Of a DNA stretch of 64,000 nt, positions 54,649-64,000 are shown piece by piece. Position numbers and translations under genes: made by a program. Positions within the stretch are counted from its first letter, which is position 1. Each line of letters starts with the position of its first letter. The notes under the pieces were generated by a model. That model had not been told where the DNA came from, ran no database searches, and was given only the letters and a program-made list of their open reading frames with translations. The stretch spans positions 64,001-128,000 of the forward strand of contig CAWJMT010000031.1 in the NCBI GenBank assembly GCA_963844035.1, in the 5' to 3' direction. Source of the DNA: an uncultured Gemmatimonadales bacterium (GTDB lineage Bacteria; Gemmatimonadota; Gemmatimonadetes; Gemmatimonadales; GWC2-71-9).

Positions 54649-55067
54649 ACCTGGCATTTCCGTCGTCCGAGTGGATCGCGGCGTACCGCGACCAGATCAA
54701 CGCGAGTACGACCTACCGCCAGGCGTCCACCGAATGGACCCACGGCGCCGTCGCCCTGGTGGTGAACCCGCAGCCGGCGATCGGGCTGGCCGAGGCAGTC
54801 GGGATATGGCTCGACCTGGAGCGCGGCGTCTGCCGCGCGGCGAACGTGGTGACGGCCAGTGAGGCACTGACGGCGCCGTTCGTCCTCACCAGCGACTACG
54901 GCCGCTGGAAGGAGGTCATCCGCAAGGAGCTCGCGCCGGTCGCCGGCATCATGCAGCGGAAGATCGTTCTCCAGGGCTCGCTCGCCATCGTGGTGCGGTT
55001 CATCAAGTCCGCCGAAGCGCTGGTGGAAGCAGCGACGCAGGTGCCGACGCGATTTCTGGACGAGTGA
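54645..55067 (+). CDS. SCP2 sterol-carrier-like lipid-binding protein
   Basis: FPSSEW..., WLDL..G.C, W..V...L.PV.GIMQ.K..L.G. Confidence 0.75.
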   Translation: MNLAFPSSEWIAAYRDQINASTTYRQASTEWTHGAVALVVNPQPAIGLAEAVGIWLDLERGVCRAANVVTASEALTAPFVLTSDYGRWKEVIRKELAPVAGIMQRKIVLQGSLAIVVRFIKSAEALVEAATQVPTRFLDE

Positions 55068-55080
55068 GAGCTACAACGGC

Positions 55081-55108
55081 GGTGTCAGGTGTCAGGTGTC
55101 AGGTGTCA
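55081..55108. repeat. Heptamer tandem repeat (GGTGTCA)x4
   Basis: Single arm of the 14.2-kb/47.2-kb element, between convergent genes. Confidence 0.85.
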
Positions 55109-55116
55109 GAGACGAC

Positions 55117-55824
55117 TTACATGCTCCGCAGGATCTTGTCCGGCGTCGTGACGTTCGGGAAGAACACGCGGTCGCTCAGCCGGTTGAACGCGACCCGCAG
55201 CGCCGGGAAGCGATCCGCCGCGGCGCGGAAGATGGCGGCGACGCCGAAGTGGTCCGCGAGCCGGTGACGCGACGCCAGGTCGTAGCCGTGGCGCCCCAGC
55301 TCGTCATAGTAGGGAAGATCGGGACCGCCGGCGCGGCTGCGCCGTGCCGCGATGTAGTCCGGGAAAAGTCCCGCGAGCCACAAGGCGTAGTTCCCGAGGT
55401 GCATCTGGAGCAGGAATCCCCGCTCGCCGCCTTCACCGGACTCAGCCAGGCCCGCCACGATGTCCACCAGATAGTGGTAGGACGCGTCGTCGGCCTGTCG
55501 AATCCGGGCATGCCGGTCGTGGCTGCCGAACTCGAGCAGCAGCGCCGCGAGGTAGTCCGCGAGGTCGCGATCGTCCACGCCCCCGGCGAGCAGCGTGTGC
55601 CGCACCGCCACGTACGCGAACAACGGCGGCGACGGCTGAACGAGGGAGCGCACCGCCAGCAGCGCGGCGAGCAGCGCCGGGTCGTCGAGCAGGCGATCCG
55701 GGCCCTCCTCCAGGAGCAGGCGCTCGCAGCGCGCGCGCCGCGCGGCGTCGCCGCGCCCGAGCGCAAGTACGACCAGCCGCAGGTCCACGGCCCGCAAACG
55801 GCTGCGCAGGTTCGCTAGAATCAT
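55117..55824 (-). CDS. Conserved hypothetical protein
   Basis: [10 protein letters not shown]...ADYLA.LL.EF..HLGNYALWLAGLFPD; typical codon usage. Confidence 0.75.
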   Translation of the reverse strand: MILANLRSRLRAVDLRLVVLALGRGDAARRARCERLLLEEGPDRLLDDPALLAALLAVRSLVQPSPPLFAYVAVRHTLLAGGVDDRDLADYLAALLLEFGSHDRHARIRQADDASYHYLVDIVAGLAESGEGGERGFLLQMHLGNYALWLAGLFPDYIAARRSRAGGPDLPYYDELGRHGYDLASRHRLADHFGVAAIFRAAADRFPALRVAFNRLSDRVFFPNVTTPDKILRSM

Positions 55825-57776
55825 GACCACTCCTTCCACCGGTTCAGCACCGCGCGACAGCTCAGCCCTGCTGACGCTCCTCACCACGCTGTCCCAGGAG
55901 CTCACGGGCGCCTACCGCCCGGCGACCGCCGTGGAGCTGGCGGCGCGCACCCTGGTCGAGGTCCTCGCTCCCAGCCGCATCACGATCGTGTTGCTCGATG
56001 CGGAGACCAACAAGCTAGCGGTCGCCTACGATTCGGCGCCCGAGCCCGCCGCCGTCGACGATCCCCTGCTCCAAATGGCCCTCCGGCGCGGGCCGCTGCT
56101 GCTCGCCCGCAACGTCGCCGCCGAGGCCCGCAAGGTCGGGGTGGCGCTCGGCCCCGACGCGCCGGACTCGTGGATCGGCGCACCGCGTCGTCGCCGCGGG
56201 ACAACTCATCGGCGCCGTGTCGGTGTCCGCGGGGCGAGTCCCACGCATTCACCCAGCGCGACTTGCTCATCGTCGGCGCGGTCGCCGCCCAGGTCGCTAT
56301 CGGGCTCGAGAACGCCCGGCTCGTCGAGCTGCTCTCGAGCGCCAAGCGCGAGTGGGAGCAGACGGTCGACGCCATCACCCAGGGCATCTGCATCATCGAC
56401 GCGGAGGGACTCGTGCGCCGCGCCAACCGCGTGTTCGCCGAGCTCGTGCAGACGCCCGTCACCGCGATTCCCGGCCGCCCCTGGCTCGCCCTGCTGCCAC
56501 CAGGGTGGGCCGATCCGGTGGGCCGCGCGGTGATGGAGCGCACCCCGAGCACCGTTGAGCTGCGGGCGGGCGACCGTCCGCTCATGCTTTCGACCATTCC
56601 GCTCGCCGACCGCAGCGCCGTCCTCGTCTTCGAGGACCAGACCGACAAGCGCCGGCTGCAGGATCAGCTCATACAGTCTGAGAAGATGTCCGCGATCGGT
56701 CAACTCATCGCCGGCGTGGCCCACGACCTCAACAACCCGCTCGCGTCGGTGGTGGGGTTCTCGGACTTCCTCATGGACGCGCGGCGAGGTTCCCCCCGCG
56801 CTCGTCGAGCCGCTGCAGGTGATCCGCCAGGAGGCCGAGCGCGCCGCCACGATCGTCAAGAACCTGCTGTCGTTCGCGCGCAGCCAGGAGGGCGAGCGGA
56901 AGGTCCAGCCGATCGGACCGATCCTCGAGTCCACGCTGGCCCTGCTGCGCAACCAGCTCATGGCCCACAAGGTCGAGGCGACGCTCGAGATCGAGCCCGA
57001 CCTGCCCGAGCTGGAAGTGAGCGCGAATCAGATCAAGCAGGTGTTCGTGAACATCATCAACAACGCCGCGCAGGCGATCGCCAGCGACCAAGCGCAGCGG
57101 CCGGATCTGGATCACCGCCAAACGCTGGCTCGACGGCGTGGCCATCGCCATCGCCGACAACGGCCCCGGCATCCCGGAGGCGATCTCGCAGCACGTGTTC
57201 GAGCCGTTCTTCACCACCAAGCAAGAAGGCGAAGGCACGGGCCTCGGCCTCTCGATCTGTCAGGGCATCGTGAAGGAGCACGGAGGCAGGATGACGCTCG
57301 ACACGCGGCCGGGCGCGGGAGTGACGTTCACGGTCGAGCTGCCGGGCGGGTTCGACCACGCCGCGCCCCTCCCAGGCGATCGAGACCCTCGTCGACACGC
57401 CGCCCGCTGCGCGTGCTGGTCGTGGACGACGAGCCGCACATCCTCTACTACATGCGCTCGACGCTGGAGAGCTGGGGCCACACGGTGGAGGTGGCCACCG
57501 ATGGGGCGTACGCGCTCGAGCGGATCCTGGCCGATCCGTTCGACGCGATCATCTGCGACCTGCGCATGCCCCACCTCGGCGGCCGCGAGATGTATCACCG
57601 GCTGGCCCAGCAGAACCCGCAAGCGGCCACAACGGATCATCTTCGCCACCGGCGACACGGTCCGCGGCGATACCCTGCATTTCCTCGAGGCCCTGGGACG
57701 GCCCTACCTCCATAAGCCGTTCACCCTCGCCGAGCTCCGCCACATGCTCGGGCGGGTGGTGGCCCAGCCGCACTGA
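55823..57776 (+). CDS. Hybrid sensor histidine kinase GAF-PAS-HisKA-HATPase-REC (several frameshifts)
   Basis: GAF end [15 protein letters not shown]-box [12 protein letters not shown]-box NIINNA, DNGPG, FFTTK, GTGLGL; REC VLVVDDE, CDLRMP and KPFT. Confidence 0.88.
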
Positions 57777-58835
57777 GCGACCTCTGCGGGTTCTCCAGAT
57801 CGACTCCGGCCGCCAATGGCGCGGCGGACAGAACCAGGTGCGATTGCTCGCGCGCGCCCTCCGGCAGGAGCATGGGATCGAGCAGCGGCTGGTCACGCGG
57901 CGGGGCAGCGAGCTCGCCCGCCGCGCCGCGCAGGACGGCGTCGCCGTCCGGGAAATCGCGTGGGCGATGGGGCTCGACCCGCGCGCCTGGTGGCACCTCG
58001 TAACGGAAGGCCGCGACTTCCGGCCCGACGTGATCCACGCGCACAACAACCACGCTCTCTCGCTCGCGCTCTGGGCCAGGACCGCCCTCCGCCGCCGGCC
58101 GGCCGCCGCACCTCGTCGTCACGCGCCGCGTCCTGTTCCCCGTGCGGCCCGGAAGCGCCCTGTTCCGCGCCGATCGCATCATCGCGATCTCGGAAGCGGT
58201 ACGGGTCGCGCTCGTCGCCGCCGGGATACCGCCGGCGCGTATCGCGCTCGTCCCCTCCGGCATCGACCCGGACGATGTGCGGCGCGCCGCCGCCTACCCA
58301 CTCGGGATCCGCGAGCGGCTCGGCCTCCCCGCGGCGACGCCGCTGGCCGCGAACATCGCGGCGCTCGAACACGCCAAGGACCAGGCCACGCTCATCCGCG
58401 CCGCGGCGCTCGCCCATGAGCACCGCGCCGATCTTCATTGGGTGATCGCGGGTACAGGACCGCTGCGGCCGGCGCTGCTGGCCGAGGCGGAGCGGCTGGG
58501 CCTGACGGACCGGATGCACTTCATCGGCTGGACCGATCACCCGGAGGCATTGATGCGAGAGGCCGATGTCTTTGTGATGTCGTCCCGCACGGAGGGTCTG
58601 GGGACGATCGTGCTCGACGCGCTGGCACTCGGCAAGCCGGTGGTCGCGACGAGCGGAGGCGGCCTGTCGGAAATCGTCCCGGCGGAGTGGCTCGTCGGCG
58701 TGGGCGACGCCGCGGCCCTGGCGCAGAAGGTCGTTCGTGCGCTGGAGCGACCCTTCCCCCTTCCCCCTTCCCTCGCAGTACACCGCCACGGCGATGGCGC
58801 AGGGCGTGTTGGCCACGTATCGCGCCCTCGCCTAG
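57775..58835 (+). CDS. Glycosyltransferase family 4 (frameshifts; start approximate)
   Basis: LRVLQIDSGRQWRGGQ, PDVIHAH, SGID, KDQ.TLI and SSRTEGLG..LDAL..GKPVVAT. Confidence 0.87.
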
Positions 58836-58851
58836 CTAGATTGCAAGCCTC

Positions 58852-59570
58852 ATGATCTACGTCTGCGTTCCGGTCCACAACGAAGCCCGTACCGCGGGAC
58901 TCGTCCTGTGGAAGGTGCGACAGGTCTTCACGACCTACCCGCGTGAATACCACCTCCTGGTGTGCGACGACGGATCGACCGACGCCACCGCCCAGGTGCT
59001 CGCCGCGTATGCCAAGGTGCTGCCGATGAGCATCGTGACGCATCGAGAGCGCCGCGGCTACGCCAAGAGCCTCGAAGAGCTGCTGCGCCTCGCGCTCCAG
59101 CGCACCGACCGGCCCAAACGGGATTGCGCCATCACGCTCCACGCCGATTTCAGCCATCCGCCGGACGTGATGGTAGAGATGGTACGACGCCTCGAGTCGG
59201 GGTGCGACGTGATCGTCGCGGAGCTGACCGACGAGGGGAAGCACGTCCAATCGCATGTTTCGCTGGGTGCGGCGCTGGGCGCCCCGGCTCCTGTCGGTGC
59301 CGGGGGTGCGTGACACCCTGTCGGGCTACATCGCCCTGCGGCTGATCGTGTGGCGCCACGCGCAGCGCGCCGGACGGGACCCCGCTGCTCACCACCGACG
59401 GCTGGAGCGCGAATGCCGAGCTGTTGGCGCGGCTGCTGCCGCACGCCCGCCGCACGGAGACGGTGGCAGCGGCGGCGCGCTTCGATCTGGCGCAGCGCCC
59501 GCCGCGCACCACCCCGTGGCAACAGCTGGTCGGCGCCTGGCGGTCCCGCGCCGCGATCCGCGCGGCGCGG
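58852..59570 (+). CDS. Glycosyltransferase family 2-like domain (frameshifts; possibly fused to the downstream domain)
   Basis: IYVCVPVHNE, VCDDGSTD and TLHADFSH. Confidence 0.75.
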
Positions 59571-60314
59571 CGCACCGTCGCGCTGTTGCTCCTCTGCGCC
59601 CTGCCGCGGTTCGGCGGTGCGCAGGACGGCACGCCCCCGCTCCATCCCGTGCCATTTCCCGTGGGGGAGCGCCTGGTGTACGCCGCCCGGTTGGGGGTGT
59701 TCAGCGTGGGCGAGGCCACCATGGAGGTGGCGGGGCTCGATACCGTGCGCGGCGCCGAGAACGGTGCACCTCCGCTTCCACATCGCGGGGGCGCCCTGTG
59801 GTACCATCTCGACCAGACGCTCGAGTCGTGGGTGGGAAAGGCCGATTTCCGGTCCCGCCGCTTCGTGAACCACACCGAGGAGAAGGACAAGAAGTGGGAC
59901 CGCACGTTCGACATCTTCCCCGACTCAGGGTTCTATCGGGAAGCCGGGAAGGACTCGACGAAGCCGACCGTCCCTGATCCGCTCGACGATGCGGCGTTCC
60001 TCTACTGGATCCGCACCGTGCCGCTCAAGGTCGGTCAGAAGTACGAGTACCGGCGCTACTTCCGGATGGAGCGCAATCCGGTGATCGTCGAAGTGCTGGG
60101 ACGCGACAAGGTGAACGTGGCGGGGCGAAAGTGGGATGCGATCATCCTGCGACCGAGGATTCCCAACGGCGGCGGCATCTTCGCCGAGAAATCGGAGGCC
60201 CGAATGTGGCTCTCCGATGATGCCGACCGCTTGGTGCTGGGGTTGCAGTCGAAGTTCTCGTTCGGCATGATGACGCTGAAGCTCAAGGAGTACTCCGTCC
60301 CGGGGCGTCCATGA
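59571..60314 (+). CDS. DUF3108-like periplasmic domain
   Basis: Hydrophobic segment, then PFPVGERLVY, DPLD.AAFLYWIR..PL and MWLSDD. Confidence 0.7.
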   Translation, partial: RTVALLLLCALPRFGGAQDGTPPLHPVPFPVGERLVYAARLGVFSVGEATMEVAGLDTVRGAENGAPPLPHRGGALWYHLDQTLESWVGKADFRSRRFVNHTEEKDKKWDRTFDIFPDSGFYREAGKDSTKPTVPDPLDDAAFLYWIRTVPLKVGQKYEYRRYFRMERNPVIVEVLGRDKVNVAGRKWDAIILRPRIPNGGGIFAEKSEARMWLSDDADRLVLGLQSKFSFGMMTLKLKEYSVPGRP

Positions 60315-61267
60315 CCGACTACCGCGAAGCGGACCTGTCGCGCCTCAAGACCGTTCCGATTTCGCGGCGGCCCAGCAAGGTCGAGCCCTCCCTCCTCGCC
60401 CACCCTCCCGGCTCGGACGCGACCTTCAAAGCGTTCCTGCAATCACTCCCCGACATCCTGGCGGCGCGGGACCTGCACTTCGTCGTCGATCAGCTGGTGC
60501 GCGCCGGCGGCCGGCGCGCGGTCGTGGCGATGCTCGGCGGGCACGTGATCAAGGTCGGCCTCGGACCGCTGCTGATCGAGCTGATGCGGCGCCGCGTGAT
60601 CACCCACGTCGCGATGAACGGCAGCGCCGCGATCCACGACTTCGAGCTGGCCGCCTACGGCGGGACGAGCGAGGACGTCGTGGCCGGTCTGGCGGACGGG
60701 TCGTTCGGCATGGTCGAGGAAACCGGCCGCGACATGAATGCGGCGATCGTCGAGGGCGCGCGCGACGGGCGCGGCATGGGCGAAGCGCTGGCGGAGCAGC
60801 TGCGGCGGCGCCGCACGCTCGTCGCCCCGCAGGTGTCGGTCCTGCTGTCGTGCGCGACGCTCGGCGTCCCCGTCACGGTGCACACCGCGATCGGCGCCGA
60901 GATCATCCACATGCATCCCACCGCCGACGGTGCCGCCATCGGCGCCACGAGCCAGCGCGACTTCCTGCGCCTCGCCGAGGCGCTCCCCGCGCTCGACGAC
61001 GGCGGCGTGGTGCTGAACCTGGGAAGCGCGGTGATCATGCCCGAGGTGTTCGTGAAGGCGCTGAGCATCGCCCGCAACCTGCACGGCGGCAAGCCGACGA
61101 ACTTCACCGCGTGCGACTGCGACATGCAGCGGCACTATCGTCCGCGGGTGAATGTCGTGGAACGGCCGACCCTCGCGGGCGGCCGCGGGGTGCAGCTCAC
61201 CGGCCATCACGAGCTGCTGATCCCGCTGCTCTGCTGGGCGGTGCTCAATCGGCTGGACGAGCGGTAG
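60311..61267 (+). CDS. Conserved protein with deoxyhypusine-synthase-like fold
   Basis: GGHVIKVG, AMNGSAAIHD.E, PVTVH..IG.EI.H, GSAVIMPE.F.K and GHHE. Confidence 0.65.
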   Translation: MTDYREADLSRLKTVPISRRPSKVEPSLLAHPPGSDATFKAFLQSLPDILAARDLHFVVDQLVRAGGRRAVVAMLGGHVIKVGLGPLLIELMRRRVITHVAMNGSAAIHDFELAAYGGTSEDVVAGLADGSFGMVEETGRDMNAAIVEGARDGRGMGEALAEQLRRRRTLVAPQVSVLLSCATLGVPVTVHTAIGAEIIHMHPTADGAAIGATSQRDFLRLAEALPALDDGGVVLNLGSAVIMPEVFVKALSIARNLHGGKPTNFTACDCDMQRHYRPRVNVVERPTLAGGRGVQLTGHHELLIPLLCWAVLNRLDER

Positions 61268-61499
61268 GCGTGCGCGCTACGTACGGTCCGCCTGGACGAC
61301 CGAGGATCAACTCGCGCACCTTGGCGGCGGTCCCGGGACTGATCAGGCGCAGACCGAGATAAATGATAAAGCCGAAGGCGGCCCACACCAGCACCGTCAT
61401 CGCCACGCCGATCACGATACCGAACAGTGCGAAGAACAGCTTGATCGCCACGAGGGCCACGACGGCGAAAATCGCGAACCCGAATATGCTCCGGAACAT
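61245..61499 (-). CDS. Small membrane protein
   Basis: AAGGAG RBS; MFRSIFGFAIF... with two TM helices. Confidence 0.75.
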   Translation of the reverse strand: MFRSIFGFAIFAVVALVAIKLFFALFGIVIGVAMTVLVWAAFGFIIYLGLRLISPGTAAKVRELILGRPGGPYVARTPTARPAD

Positions 61500-61563
61500 G
61501 GTCTTCTCCTTGAAACCCCGGTGTTGGGGCGTACGTGGCAATCTAGTAGCGGGTTTCAACCCG

Positions 61564-62689
61564 GTGCCAGCACGTGCGCACGGTGTGACGTCGCGGTGAT
61601 CGGCGGCGGCGTGGTGGGCGCGGCGTGCGCCCGCGCCGCCGCGTTGCACGGGCTCGCCGTCGCCGTGTTCGAGCCCGGTCCCACCCCGGGCGCCGCGTCG
61701 CCCGCGTCGGCGGGCATGCTGGCCGCGCAGATCGAGCCGACCGACGCCGACACCTTCAGCCTCGCCGTCCGCGCGCGCGACCTGTACGAGCCGCTCGCGC
61801 CCCAGCTGCGTGACAGCCACGGGCATCGACATCGGATTCTGGCGGCCCGGCATCGCGTCGCTCGCGTTCGACGACGCGCGCGCGGGAGCGGCTCAGGAAC
61901 GAAGTCGGCGCGCAACGCCAGGCCGGGCCTGCGGTGCGACTGGCTCGAGCCGGACGACGTGCGCGAGCGCTGGCCCGGAACAGCCGCGGAATGCCGGGGC
62001 GCGTTGTTCGCCTCGGAGGACGGCGCGCTCGATCCCCAGGCGCTCGCGCGCGCCTGCCTGGCCGATGCGCGCCGCCTGGGCGCGACGCTCGTCCCCGAAA
62101 CAGGTCGAGTCGGTCACGGTCGCGGGCGGGAAGGCGACCGGCGTGACGACGGCGCAGGGCCCGACGAGCGCCGGGCACGTCGTGATCGCCGCCGGGGCGT
62201 GGTCTCCCACGATCGGCGCGCTGCCGCGCGCGCTCCCGGTCGAGCCGGTCCGCGGGCAGATGGCGGCCACGCCGTGGCCCGCCGGTACGCCCGCCGCCAT
62301 TCTGTACGACGGCGAGGGCTACGTGTTGGCGCGCGGGGACGAAGCGCTGCTGGGCAGCACGATGGAGCACTCGGGGTTCGACTGCCACGTCACCAACGAA
62401 GGCCTCGCCCAGATCTTCCGCGGCGCGGCCCGGCTGCTGCCGGCGCTGATGCCGGCGGTGGTGCTGCGCACCTGGGCGGGACTGCGCCCCCTCACACCGG
62501 ACGGCCGGCCCGTGGTGGGCCGCGATCCCGAAGCTCGATCACCTGTGGTACGCGACCGGACACGGACGCAACGGCGTGTTGCTCGCCGCGCTGACGGGAG
62601 AGGTGATCGGCGACCTGCTGAGCACGGGCAAGACCAGCGTCGACGTGGCCGGCTGGCAGCCGGGCCGCCTGCGCGCGGGCGAGGCGTAG
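61564..62689 (+). CDS. FAD-dependent glycine/D-amino-acid oxidase (ThiO-like) (frameshifts)
   Basis: VAVIGGGVVG, ASPASAGML, PVRGQ, GSTME, WAGLRP.TPD and TGH.RNG.LLA. Confidence 0.85.
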
Positions 62690-62693
62690 CGCC

Positions 62694-63706
62694 ATGTACC
62701 GCACCTGCGCGTTCTGCAATGCGGCGCTGCGCGGCGACGGCGGTCCGTCAGGCCTCGGCGTCGGGCGGCGCATCGCGTTCGACGAGTGGCGCAGCCGGCT
62801 CTGGGTGGTGTGCCCCGCCTGCGCCCGCTGGAACCTCGCGCCGCTCGACGATCGGCTGGACCGGATCGAAGCGGTCGCCCGGGCCGCGCGGGACGGCCAG
62901 GTGCTCGCGGCCTCGCCCGCAGGTCGCGCTGATCCGCTGGCAGCACTACGACCTGGTGCGGGTGGGCCAGCCGCCGCGCGTGGAGCTTGCCGGGTGGCGC
63001 TACGGCGAGCGACTCAAAGCGCGGGAGCAGGAGCGCGCGCGGGTCGTGGTGCCGCTCACGGTCGCCGCGGTGGGTCTCGGGCATCGCCGCCAACGTCGCA
63101 GTGGGCGGCTCGTTCGGCGTCGTGATCTGGAATTTCGGGCGGGTGGCCGACGCCGCGTACGTCGCACTGCTGGGGAATCGACGCGTGGCGTTGTCGGAGC
63201 CGCTGCTGTGCGAGGCGTGCGGCACGCGTCATGCCGCTGCGCGCGCGCCACGTCCAGCACGGGCGGCTCACGCAGGAGACGGGGGCCGACGTCGCGTTGC
63301 TGCTGCGCTGCCCGAGCTGCGCGCGGAGGGCGCGCTGCTCACGGGAGCGGACGCGGCGCTCGCCCTGCGCCGTGGGCTGACGTTCCTCAACGCGAGGCGC
63401 GCCGCGCGGCGACGGGCGGAAGCCGGCGGCGGGCGAGGTGGACCGCGCGGGCGGTCCCGAAGGCCTGATCCGGGACACGTCGCGCGGCGCGGCGTCACGC
63501 TGCAGCTCGCTCCGCCCGGACCGGCGTCTGGCGCTCGAGATCGCCGTTGACGAGGTCGCGGAGAGTCGCCGAGCTCGAGCGGCAGTGGAGTCGACGCCGA
63601 GCAGATCGCAGAGATCGCCGACGGGATGCTGTCGACGACCCCTGAGCTGGACGACCATTTGCGGCGGCTCAAAGCCCAAGCGCGGGGCGATCAACCGGAC
63701 GGTTGA
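62694..63706 (+). CDS. Hypothetical Cys-rich (zinc-ribbon) membrane protein (frameshifts)
   Basis: CAFC, CPAC.RWNL, CEAC and CPSC; central TM segment. Confidence 0.65.
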
Positions 63707-63771
63707 GTTGTCGCGCCGCGCTGCTACCCCGCCTCCTCCTTCGCGGCTATCTTCCTGTTGCGCCGACCTCT

Positions 63772-64000
63772 ATGCCCTCATCCCTCGTCCAGCTCGCACC
63801 GCGCATCGGGCGCGACGCCCTCCCCGGCACCCCGGCGCCGGCCGCAAACCGGCGTGGCTCAGGGTCCAGGCGCCGGGCGGCCCGAACTACGTGGCCCTGA
63901 AGCAGATGATGCGGGAGCTCGGGCTGCACACGGTGTGCGAGGAAGCGCACTGCCCGAACGTCGGGGAGTGCTGGGAGCACAAGGCCGCGACGTTCATGAT
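63772..64000 (+). CDS. lipA: Lipoyl synthase (5' part; frameshift near 63840)
   Basis: [24 protein letters not shown] (auxiliary-cluster CX4CX5C) and ATFM. Confidence 0.92.

Overview
This 64-kb window is high-GC bacterial chromosome. Gene content and synteny (Ser/Thr kinase-TPR, TonB receptors, gcvH-gcvP, DUF3108-like) suggest Gemmatimonadota; this is inference. More than 30 single-base frameshifts interrupt ordinary genes, including housekeeping ones, and are most likely long-read consensus errors. I therefore report reconstructed genes rather than raw ORFs. Main content, in order: (1) a minus-strand operon of DUF2283-like protein, O-methyltransferase, UbiG-like methyltransferase, NurA, HerA, lipoprotein, SbcD/Mre11, SbcC/Rad50 and GNAT; (2) a Tat-exported M24 peptidase, an aminotransferase, a degenerate DEAD/DbpA protein, HU, CoaE with an extra C-terminal domain, gcvH-gcvP-lipoyl ligase and a peptide ABC transporter; (3) an accessory stretch at about 25-38 kb with a small membrane peptide, sugar transporter and PurD-like ligase, tandem Ig-like lipoproteins, a double-LysR regulator, an ICMT-YqeK fusion, and an unannotated ~220-nt transcription unit with a perfect extended Shine-Dalgarno; (4) an ECF sigma/FecR/TonB-receptor module with a shared promoter motif; (5) transport, signalling and envelope genes, ending in lipA. 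A dispersed family of degenerate 7-mer and 8-mer tandem repeats (at least 15 copies) lies at gene junctions and in frame inside proteins. I found no rRNA, tRNA, CRISPR array, integrase or transposase.
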